From: Chrysomallon squamiferum
Lineage: Eukaryota; Animalia; Mollusca
Assembly (NCBI GenBank): GCA_012295275.1
Contig: CM022665.1
Location: forward strand, 32,984,001-33,048,000
Direction: 5' to 3'
Length of the DNA: 64,000 nucleotides
Positions 12,570 through 23,647 of this stretch are shown here, in pieces. The translations under genes and the position numbers were made by a program. Every line of letters begins with the position of its first letter. The stretch's first letter is position 1. The notes under the pieces were generated by a model that was not told where the DNA came from, ran no database searches, and saw nothing but the letters and a program-made list of their open reading frames with translations.

Positions 12570-13425
12570 TATTAGACCAGTACTAGGATATCTTGGGTAA
12601 CAGCAGCAGATATTAGTACAGACTTCATGGATCATAAGATCTAGACAATCCAAAAACCTGCAGAATTCCTGCATCGAACAGGAACAACTTTCCAACCATT
12701 CAGGAGACTGCACCAGTAATTCTAAAAAAATAAATTTAAAAATTACAGATACTGAAAGAAGAGCTTTTACCTTAGAGTACATGCACAACATCTACTCTAA
12801 AGATCATATGTTTATACTGATTGATTAGCTGATGAAGCAACCACAAAATGGAGGTGCGGAATTCAAATTGAACTCAAAGATAAGGAAGGAGCTTCAGATG
12901 TATATTCCAACAATTAAACACTCCTGTAATAAGGCTGAAATGGAAGCCCTGATTAACAACATGTAGCACATACACATGCTCTTTCTTTTCTCCAGCTCTC
13001 AAAGATCAGAAAAAGTAAAACATGAATCATCTTGCTACTCCTGTTTCTATACTGGCCTATGATACTGAACAAAAAACAATACAGTGGATACCATCACACT
13101 ACAAGATTCAAGGAAATGAGGAAGCAGATATGCCAGCAAATGAAAGAAATAAAATGGTCCAGTAGGAGTTATTAATAACTGAGAATAAGTCACTATAGAA
13201 TCAAACCATCATATATACAAAACTGACAGGGAAGCAGTGGAACATACCATTGTGGCACAACTGCTCTGTCAGTGAAATATCTGCAACATTATCCAGTCTA
13301 ATAGAACCAGAGGAAAGCAGTTTGGCCTTTAGCAAACCACTGAAAGAGAAGTCTGTTCAGCCCATGGATAAATTAAAGTGTACAGTCACATTTTTCTGAG
13401 CTACTGGGATGCCTGTCTGATCACT
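12570..13425 (+). mobile_element. Degraded non-LTR retrotransposon ORF2 3' part with RNase H (I/Nimb-group-like)
   Basis: Relic peptides: IRPVL; VYTD..; KAEMEAL; IQWIPSHYKIQGNEEAD (~13079-13129, RNase H WIPSH...GNE.AD motif); LRISHYRI; YHCG...LQHYP (decayed CCHC); KPLKEK...ATGMPV*. Many stops and frameshifts. Confidence 0.8.
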
Positions 13426-14406
13426 GAAAGAAAGTATGTGGGCTTGTTTGTATATGGGTTGTGTGATATGTTTGTGTTGTATGTTTTGTGTATGTGGTCT
13501 GTGTTGTGTGAATTTGTTCTGTGTATGTGCAACACAGTAGAAATAGCACAACACACTATGCTGTATGTGTCTCTGATGTACATGTGTGTTTGTGCATGTA
13601 TCTGATGTATTTTTATGTTTGTGGTATGATCTCTGTGTGTCTTGTGTATAGGAGCAAAACAGTCCTATGTTGTTGTGTGTTTGTGTGGTGTGTTAGGTGA
13701 ATGTCCTGTGTCTGTAGTGTGTTTAAATTTAATCCTGCTGACATAATAATCTAATGCAAGCTTTTCACTTTCCCAAAGAAAGTACAGCAGGTACCATTAC
13801 CTCCTGAAGATTTACATTTTGCTGATCCTGTGAAAAATTCAGAAATGGTCCAGGAGTTAGAAATAAAGAAGAGATACAGACCATAGTTAAACATACATAC
13901 AGGAGATGATAGGTATTAAAACAATTCTAGATTATAACTTCAGACAGTTACTACCAGCTCTCTAGAGAATGTATAGTGATGACGATATACACCTGAGAAT
14001 AAGTCACTATAGAATCAAACCATCATATATACAAAACTGACAGGGAAGCAGTGGAACATACCATTGTGGCACAACTGCTCTGTCAGTGAAACATCTGCAA
14101 CATTGTCCAGTCTAACAGAACCAGAGGAAAGCAGTTTGGCCTTTAACAAACCACTGAAAGAGAAGTCTGTTCAACCCATGGATAAATTAAAGTGTACAGT
14201 CACATTTTTCTGAGCTACTGGGATGACTGTCTGATCACTCAAAGAAGGTATGTGGGTTGTGTGATATATTTGTTGTATGTTTTGTGTATGGTACATGGTA
14301 CATGTGGTGTATGTGGTCTGTGTTGTGTGAATTTGTTCTCTGGGTATGTGCAACACAGTAGAAATGGCACAACAAAGAGCACACTATGTTGTATGCATCT
14401 CTGATG

Positions 14407-14443
<37 letters not shown>

Positions 14444-14678
14444 TTGTGCATGTATCTGATGTATTTTTATGTTTGTGGTATGATCTCTGTGTGTCTTGTG
14501 TATAGGAGCAGCACTCAACAAAACAGTCCTATGTTGTTGTGTATCTGTGTGTGTAATGTGTTCAAATTTAATCCTGTTGACATAATAATCTAATGCAAGC
14601 TTTTCACTTTCCCAAGGAAAGTACAGCAGGTACCATTACCTCCTGAAGATTTACATTTTGCTGACCCTGTGAAAAATT
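13150..14678 (+). repeat. Tandem segmental duplication (LINE tail + TG tract + flank), 2 copies
   Basis: ctgagaataagtcactatagaatcaaacc... at 13179 and 13993; both copies end ...gatttacattttgctga(t/c)cctgtgaaaaatt at ~13839 and ~14678. Confidence 0.9.
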
Positions 14679-14924
14679 AAACTATGACAGAATATATTGA
14701 TTCAGATTTAATTACTGTTAATGTTAATAAAAGAAATTAATTACGTCTTTAAAATTTCATGTTTCTAAAAAAAAAATAATAATAAAACAGCATTGAGAAA
14801 AATACAAGTTATTTTTATGAATTTCTTTCCTTTTATTTATTCAATTTCTCAAAATAAGTTCATCATTATTTAACTTCTATTAAAAAAAAAAAAAAAAAAG
14901 CAGTATATTATAGATGTCTGTTTA

Positions 14925-15072
14925 ATAAATCCTTACTGTAATAATTTTAAAATGTACCGTTTTAATTTCATTCTAGTTGTCCGAGATAAACACTTTTCCC
15001 AGTAACATCAACCTTTTTATTTATTTTTTTTATAAACGAGCTCTCTGGTATTCTTAAATTAATTGTTATTGA
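14925..15072 (+). repeat. Dispersed direct repeat, copy 1 (copy 2 at 17203-17377)
   Basis: taaatccttactgtaataattttaaaatgta...ttgtccgaga.aaacacttttcccagtaac...cttaaattaattgttattgaa is present in both copies. Confidence 0.85.
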
Positions 15073-15669
15073 AGAAATCTAATCTGCTCCACTGGATCAT
15101 CCGTCAAACGTTCAGCTTTCCAGCTTTCCAAGCCACAATTTCCATCTAGTGAGTCTGAAAGATTAAGAAACAGTGTATGAAAGATATCAGATAATAAATA
15201 TTAATAAAAGAAAATTTAATTTCATACTCTAGAAATCAAAATTAAGAACAAATTCGCCCCAGAATAATCAACTGGTGAATCGCACGCTTTTCCTTTCTTT
15301 CCAATATGGCGCCATTAGCGACAGTAACAAAATACTACTACTTTCTAAACACTTACCTCTGTCAATAGAAATACAAGGGTCAGTTCTAGCTTTAGTGTTA
15401 GGGTTAGGGGCAGTTTTAATATTCTTTATTTCTTTCTTTGTGTTCCCTCGAAAAAAATATATAATAAGACCAAGCCCTTCTTTTCTATATAATCCCTACC
15501 AAAAAAATCCCTCATTAAATCAATAGACAGAAATGCTGGAATATTCAGTGTAACTATATTTGAATAGAGCATTGAAAAAAACATCGTACTGTAACAATTT
15601 TTTTGCATATTTTATTCATGACTGAACAATATTTACCATTAAAAGTTAACTCCTGCAGTCTTATTACAC

Positions 15670-16140
15670 TGGAATAAGCTAAACTGTCTCTGTGGCAAAC
15701 AATGCAATATCACTTGATGGTTTGTGATGACAGTTTCAGTCTGAGTTTGAATAGTCACTTTTGTACACAGACTACTCATGGATATTTTTATCTATATCAG
15801 TTCCATGGGATCATGCCCGCCATGCCATCACAGTTCCAATGCTTGTTGTGCATTGTAATCTGAAACAGTTGTGCATTGTGAAAACTGTGCCTGACGACTT
15901 GCCACGTTTGATGTCAAAATTTTGCTTATTTTTTGTATGTGACTAGGATTCAGAGTGGCTTTTTATTGCATCAAAAGTAAAATTATTTGTACCCTCGACA
16001 AATCTCCCAGCAGTTTCATATTTTCTATGTAGAATATGGTATCGCTTTCTTCATTGTAGTCAAGCCATGAGAACTGTCTTTCCATTTCTGACAGAACTGT
16101 CGTTTTCACTTTTCTTTTTCATATTTTTCTTTAGGTTCTA
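15670..16140 (-). mobile_element. Degraded hAT (ZNF862-like) transposase relic with TTF-type zinc finger
   Basis: Minus-strand relic KYEKEK*KRQFCQKW..QFSWLDYNEESDTIF..RKYETAGRFVEGTNNFTFDAIKSHSES*SH matches the TTF-finger pattern (F..W...F.WL.Y...F C..C...F..G..NF.....H..S..H); a decayed CDG and an HCL..R motif follow. Confidence 0.7.
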
Positions 16141-16369
16141 CCTTACCATTTCTTTTCTTGGACAAATCAGTTTCTGACGGGTCTTTATCAGATGAAAACC
16201 CGCACGCTGGTCCATGTCTGCTCGATTACGACCGTAACCACGTAACCCGAAAGAGGAATCGATTGTCGTATGTTTGAAAAACTCGGAAAATATTTATTCA
16301 AAGAACGTACACAGTTGTATGTTTTGCATTTTATGCGTACTAAATTTAGTACACTCACGTTCTATAATT

Positions 16370-16622
16370 AATAGGTTTTCAACCTGGAGTTCGCCAGCCT
16401 TTTTTCTTGAGCGAGGGTATGTTTTAGCTTTTCTCAGCTTGGCTTGGAAGGAGGAATAAATAAAAACGTGTAGATAGGTTTGGGACCCTTTTGTACTGTC
16501 TTTGGTTGATGAAAATATGGTAATCCTAGATATTACTGAATCAAAAATTTTAAAGGTGGTCATCGGTCTTACTGAGTTGCTCATAAGGGGAGTCACGGTA
16601 TGAAAAAGGTTGAAAACCAGTG
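16370..16622. mobile_element. hAT-like MITE
   Basis: Inverted ggttttcaacct (16374-16385) / aggttgaaaacc (16607-16618); right end aaaaggttgaaaaccagtg is typical of hAT/Charlie MITEs; TSD not clear. Confidence 0.55.
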
Positions 16623-17202
16623 CTCTATATTCAGCACATTTCGGTCGATTCCGGTCAGTCGGAACACCTCGTCACATTCCGCTACGCTTATATTTTATAG
16701 AAATGTACGAGGTATTCCGAATGTATCATGAGGTACGGAATCAATCGAGTTGTAACGAACAGTTTAATAATTCGTCAGTCCTCTGATGCATGAAAATGGA
16801 ATATATTAATGTTTGCAGGATCACTGGTTGGCAAATTAATTCACCGTTCATACATTATTAACATGACCAGTCGGGCTAGTCAGAAACAGTTATGATTAGA
16901 CCGAATCAGGGGTTTACTAGACAATGTCGTTCGGACGTGCCTTACTGTCAAAGCCTGTAACGTGAAGAAATTTAAATAAAATACCTTCTTTATATATATA
17001 TTTTTGTTATCCTCTTATAACTCAATTCCAAAACTTTATGTAATCTATAAAGCTTTAACACATGCCAAATAATCAACTGGCAAATCACACGCCTTTCCTT
17101 TCCTTCCAGTATGTCTTCTAGCTCCTTGGGCCAGTGATTGTTGAATCTGGGCAATAAATTTCAGACTATTACGATAGCAAAAATTACACCTATCGTTTTT
17201 AC

Positions 17203-17377
17203 TAAATCCTTACTGTAATAATTTTAAAATGTATTGTTTTAATTTCATTCAAGTTGTCCGAGACAAACACTTTTCCCAGTAACGTCGGCCTTTTTATTCT
17301 TATTTTTTATTTATTTATTTATTTTTTTATGAATACTGCACGAGCTGTCTGGTACTCTTAAATTAATTGTTATTGAA
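17203..17377 (+). repeat. Dispersed direct repeat, copy 2
   Basis: See 14925-15072; a second block is shared between 15263-15305 and 17068-17112. Confidence 0.85.
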
Positions 17378-20300
17378 ATAAGGCCGGCAAGCGGAATATA
17401 ATTTTTTTTAAGCAACAAAACAAAACAAGATCTTTTCCTTTTTCTTTCTTTCTTTTTAAAAATAAATAACATTAATTTTGTTAACAACTCATCTAATTTT
17501 GCCTTCTAGGAAAATAATAAATATAAATTTTAAAAATTGATATAATTGCGTCCATTTATTTATTACTAGGTAATTTAGAATGTAATTAAAACCATTTTAC
17601 TCCAACTCGGTATTCATTTTGGTTGGTTTTATTTTTTATTATTATTTTTTAAATTAATTTTATGTAATTTATTTATTTACTTACTTATTTTGTTGTTGTT
17701 TTGTTTTCAGGATGTATTTACAAAATAAAATTAATAAACAGAAGAAGAATGATAGCAGAGAAAAGACTGATAACTGCAATAACAACACTAGCAGAAACTA
17801 CGAAGTCAGCAGTCATATATATTAACCAGGCAGAGATATCAGTTACCGTTAATATCTCAAAATAATAAAGGGAACTACAACGATATGAACAAACAAGCAA
17901 ACAACAACAAAAAAACTGAAAACAGTAAATGTATATTTTATAATTTTTATTTCTTTGTAAAAATACTGATACATTTCTTGTAACAAATAAAAACATTATT
18001 CATTTCAGTAAATAAAATGAGTTCATTTGTTCATCTTATTTATTTATTTAATTAATTTTTTTCACTTATACATACTCATTTCATTATATTTGATAATGAG
18101 AAGAAATTCATGGGCTGCTCTTCCCATTATTATATTTCCAGTTTTGAAGAAATGTACTAAATGCAGCCATTTTTGAAAGGGAAAATAATTTATTGAATGT
18201 AGAAACTGAGAAACTGTTTTAAATTCCGATTTCGTTTTGGTTTTCCTGATTGCTGTTAGTGACGAATATCTTATTTCCAGCTTTTGAATTTTAAATTATG
18301 TTGCTGTTATAGTAACAATGTCTAGTCATGGGTTATCAAGGGAGCTAACTCTTGTGTACATCATAATATATAAGGTGTGCAAGAGTTGTCTCCTATAATA
18401 CACTATGCAGTCGGTTTCTATTCGTAAATGAACAGTTGGATAATTTATAATTATTACTTTTCATAAATTTATTATCCTTTCAATTTACCATTTCGTATTT
18501 GTTGCAACATATTTTAAAAGAAAAGGTTCCTTACAAATAATTTATTTACGGCCATGCGTTACTTAATGTCCTAGAACTTGTATTTATACCAGTGGTTCTC
18601 AAAGGGTGTGCCTGGTGTGCCCCACGAAATTCTAGAATCTAGGTATATACTTATGATGAAAAAAATTGATTTATAGTGCATTATATCCACACTTCAGCAT
18701 TAAAATGTTCTTTACGGCAGATCGTTATTATTATGTTAAGAGTGGAAAGATATCCAGTAAGAAATAGCCAGTTGTCCGGAAGTTTACCGGTGACAGTAGG
18801 AGTGATAGGGTGTGCAAGTGTGATAAACAGCCAAATTTTTCTTGTGACACATATTCCTTCACTGTCACAGTCACTACCCATCTAAAACTTTAATACATTC
18901 TACTTAATACGGGTTGTCTACTGCAGCATCTCAATGGCTAAAATTTGTTGCTAAAGATACGTAAATAAGGCTGACATTTTATTTGTCACGTGAATTATTT
19001 CAAGCAGACTAAAAGTAAGGAAAACTTGGGACTGATTTACTCTACCAGTTTTATTATTATTATTATTATATTAAATTTCTGTGTATGAAATAAGACAAAA
19101 AAGGTGAATGTTATTTTATGGTTATATTTTATTATTAGCAAAGATTAGTACCCACTATGAATATAACATTTACTTAAAACTATAAAAGAAATTACAGATA
19201 AATTATTTTTATGTACATGTTAATATCTATTAACTATTATGTCAAATAAGGCTGCATTCCACCCAGAATTATGAAACATGTAAGTGGATCATATGATTAC
19301 AACGATGATGTGTCATTTGGATAAATAATGGAGAACAGTGACTGTTCAGTGTCAAGGTACTTATTGTATGCATGTTTGTCAAGTAATCCATGAAGGAAAT
19401 TAATGTTTAATAAATATTACTGTAAAGAATAAATGATAAAAGAAATAATAAATTTATTACTGCAGACAACAAATAATATTAGAATACTAATCAAGATGTC
19501 ACCAGGATACATTAGGCAGCAAATTTGCCTGACTGGCTTCTATAAAGTATGCCTGGGATGTTACGCATGCGAGTTCGAGTTTACCATGTTCCTTCCGCCA
19601 ATCTGCAACATCGGAGTCAACTATTTGTGATAGAGTAGCAGAACATATCCCCAGTACATGTACTTGTCAAAAGTCTAATCAACCGTATGAAATTACCACG
19701 GAGATGGATTCATACGTTATTAATCAAATGAGATGATATGTAAACTCCAACTCTGGTAGCATATCAAGTGACTAACTTTTAAACTGTTACATTTATTAAT
19801 GATTGTCTGTAAATAGGGAACAGTAAATAACATTTTGAAAGTAGTTGACATCATCAATCTAATTCTCCTGGAAACTGGATTGGTTATTACTTTTTCATCC
19901 TTAAATTCTTTTGATTAGTGTATTTCACTTGAAGATTGAAATTAATAGCTAGAGTAAATTTAACAGAGGTGAATATTTCTTGATTCAATAATCAAATTAG
20001 CCATTTAGAATTGTACTGTCTAACCCACAAAAAACAAACAACTAACAACAACAAAAAATTAGCCATCTCCCAAACCAACCAACCAAGAACAATACAACGG
20101 TAACAGTGGGCATATGAACGTCAGTGGGATAAATACCTCTACTTGTGAAACCAATGGATTGTGGTCTGATATGTCATTAGACTGTACAGGTAATTTATTG
20201 TAGTTTATTTAATGTTTACTATTCTGAGCTGTTAAGATAAACTTATTCAAAAGATAGTATACTTCCGCCAAAATTATTTCAGTAAACTGATACTGTTTTC

Positions 20301-21465
20301 ACTGAACACACTAAAGCATAAAAAAATATTACGCTAATGAATAGAAATACATAAACTATAAGGAAAATGAAAATTTGAAGTTATATGTTTCGTAATTTTG
20401 AAAAATGCACAGCAACAGCAACAACAACAACAATAAAATTATGCCAAGGCAGATAACTGTGAACATAACATGACTGCCTTTATTTGGGAGACAAAATATT
20501 TTATTTTATTTTTGTAATTTTTTTTTCCCACCCTATAACAAAAATAACCATAGGGTAACAGAATTACTCCATGCATAATATGGACAGTTTAAAATCTGCA
20601 CAACCTTTCATATCTGCAAACCCAATTAATCTACAATGTTTTCTGTATAACATATTATGTAAGAGCAGCCAAAAGTACAACTAACACTGAATATGTTAAA
20701 ACATAATTTAAAGAAGAAAAAAAGATCAAAACAAAATTCATACATTGTACATGCTGACAAGAAATCTCTTCAAAAATCTCTTCAAAATAGTGATAATAGT
20801 GGAATAAACAATAACAGAGATACATAACTGTATCATTTATTCTTGCAGCCACTGAAAAAACAAACTTTGGTTCTACTTTACAAATGGTATGTGAAGTTGG
20901 CTACTATTTTCTTTCTTTCTTTCTCTCTTTATTATTTAGTGAGTGCTAACTGTATGTGAATTGTAACGTATATATTTTTACCACACACATTCTTTAAGTT
21001 GTTCAGTCATAGATGTGCATCATAATGTCTGTGAATTCACATAAGATACTCAAAATAATCTATACCTACAAATCATCAAACAAGCTTGAAACCGAGGGTG
21101 ATTATTTTCAGGCGTGTACATACAAATGGAAAAACTAAAGTTTGTTCAACATTCTAATAATTATGTATTAAGTTTTTATGTATGGTATCATGGCAGATTA
21201 GCTGTTAACTGCGGGAAAACCATTGATGTGCCAGGAGCTACAGTCTTCAGTACTTGTACATCATTCATGACTGGGCAACATACTCTTGTACGGATGGATA
21301 TGTTCATGTTAATGGATTCAACACATCAGAATGTGAAGAAGGAGGAACTTTGTCTAATCCTAGGTTAAACTGTGTAAGTCTGTTATACTGATTAATCAAA
21401 TCATCATCATCTTACGTACAATAATGATTAAAGCTACTACGATAAATAAACATAAATGAAATTAC

Positions 21466-21800
21466 GGTTCATGTTAATTATTTAATTATGATATACAGGT
21501 GACGTGATAATAATACATTATACAATCATAAAACATATGTTTAAGTAATTTTGATTAATGATACAAGAAGGGTCATACACAGAACCAAGAGAAAATAAGA
21601 ATCTGCACGGAGGACAGATTAAAACCTTAAAATTTTTGGTATAATAAATGTTACTGACACAGGCTAATTGCACATTACACCTATCAAAATAAGAATAGAC
21701 AATTGCTTGCCATACTTGTCTGTAAAGACAATGTTATTCAAAAACATTGGTTTCCCAGCCTAACTGAACTCTCATCTTGACCGTTTCCTTCGCTCTCCTC
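21466..21800 (+). mobile_element. Internal fragment of the LTR family at 55446-56176
   Basis: Colinear with ~55608-55925 (gatatacaggtgac...aataagaatct.cacggaggacagattaaaac...cctatcaaaataagaatagacaat). Confidence 0.8.
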
Positions 21801-21825
21801 TTTTTTACTTCCCCTCAATTACTGT

Positions 21826-22195
21826 GTGAATGTGAATGTGAAAAAAATTAACGTGCTAATCAGAGCAAGCCGTTTTTTAGCACGTCTACGATGGGTGCGC
21901 TTTCTGTCACATCAGCAGGTGTGTCCGTCGCAGAAAAGAGTTAGAGAGTAAAGAAAGAGAGTGGATTCTCGTTATGATTGCAGGACACAAGGCAGTGTCC
22001 AGCATATCAGATTGTAATGAATCGGTTGCGATGTTTCATTGATGTTTTCCGCTCCTTGTTGTTTCCGGCACTTGTCTTGCTCGCTGAATGTCTCATATTT
22101 GTCACCAGGTCTGTGTTGGTTGCGTCCTGTTTGTTTGTTCTGTTCTCGGCTGCTGTTGATGTTTCCTTGTTCTTTCTGGCTGCTTCCCTCTGGTC

Positions 22196-22231
<36 letters not shown>

Positions 22232-23066
22232 ATGGTACTTTTTATTGATTTAAAAGATGCTATAAACACTTGCAACTAAAACGAATAAGAACATGAACGT
22301 AGTTAACTTATTTACATTTATTATGTACTTTTTTTAAATTCTTGTAACTGGGTTAGTATAGTCTGAAAGTAAGTACATATATTTCTGTTTTTTATTTTTC
22401 TAATTATTAATTTAATTGGCTATTCAAATTGATCAATCAGCTGTTCAACCAACCAATCAATCTCTAAGTCAATAAATTCATTCAGTTATTTGTTTTTGTG
22501 TCAAAAAAAAATTAAATTCAAATTTTCAACTGCAAGAGTCTAAAGTTTGTGTTTTGTGTTCAGAATGTATGTTGTTACTGCAGCAAGAACTAACTCTCTT
22601 TCGTGTTTGGTGCCAAGATGTTTTGGAGTGTGACCTTGATTTTTAGTTCCTCCAATGTGTTGCGTAGTGTTTGTCTTTCCTTGGCGAAATTTTGACAGTG
22701 AAACAAGTAGTGTTTCATGGTTTCAGAGTCCACAGCTGCAGTTGGGTGATGTGGTGTTGTGATATTTGTATCGGATTGGATTTAAGTTGGTCGAGTAATC
22801 AATTCTGACTTAGGTGAGATTGTTGTTGTGTAGTTTGTTGGCCAGTGTGATTTTGGGTGTTTTGGTGAGTGGTTTGATGTTCAAGTGCCATTTGTTTTTG
22901 GTGTTGTTCCATTCGTTTTGCCACTGTTTGTCGTAAAGTTTGGCTGCGGTGGAGATAATTTTGTTTGTTCCGTAGTGAATGTTTGTGCAGATGTCCAATT
23001 TCAACGCCCAGTCGTTTACTTTGTTTAGATCTTTTTGTATTTGTTTCTGTATTGCTGCAGTCGATC
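21826..23066 (-). mobile_element. 3' end of a non-LTR retrotransposon (CCHC end of ORF2, 3'UTR, short-repeat tail)
   Basis: Minus strand KQWQNEWNN..WHLNIKP...CSCG..ETMKHYLFHCQNFAKERQTL (C-x-C...H-x4-C knuckle); tail ctctgattagcacgttaa...(cacatt)n. Confidence 0.8.
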
Positions 23067-23647
23067 AATCCATGGCGTTGTTATAAAAAGGCTAGCATTT
23101 TGGTAATTAAGAACAGAGCTGAGTGAAGTAAGCGAGAGCGAAAGAAATGGTCAAGATGAGAGTTCAGTCAGGAGGGAAAACCAATGTTTTTGAATGACAT
23201 TGTCTTTACAGACGAGTATATTAGGCAATTGTCTATTCTTATTTTGATAGGGTGTAATATGCAATTAACCTGTGTCAATAACATTTAACATACCTAAAAT
23301 GTTAACGTTTTAATCTGTCCTCTGTGCAAATTCTTATTTTTTCTTGGTTCCCCATATGATCTTACTTGTATGACCTTTCTCGTATCATTAATAAAAATTA
23401 CTTAAACGTATGTTTTATGATTGTATAGTGTATTACTACCAAGTCACTTGTATATCATAATTAAATAATTAAGGTGAACCTTAACTGGTGTTTATTTCTC
23501 TAGTGGATAGATAGACTTATTGATTTATATAGATTGCTGTCAATTTAGCATTTATATTCCTTGTTAGGTAACCATTAAAGCACCTTGTTACCCTAGACTG
23601 AACCTTAATAAAACATACAAGGTGTTTAAGGTGTGAGCTCCATGACA
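23067..23647 (-). mobile_element. Truncated copy of the LTR family at 55446-56176
   Basis: Reverse complement starts TGTCATGG and follows 55446-55970 (cttaaacaccttg...ctagggtaacaaggtgctttaatgg...tgctagcc..tttataacaa.gccatgga). Confidence 0.85.

Noticed and set aside
15392-15409. TTAGTG-TTAGGG-TTAGGG telomere-like repeat
   Set aside because: Only 2-3 units; too short to call an interstitial telomere.
18341-18393. Short imperfect hairpin ggagctaactcttg...caagagttgtctcc
   Set aside because: Short and mismatched; probably a repeat remnant.
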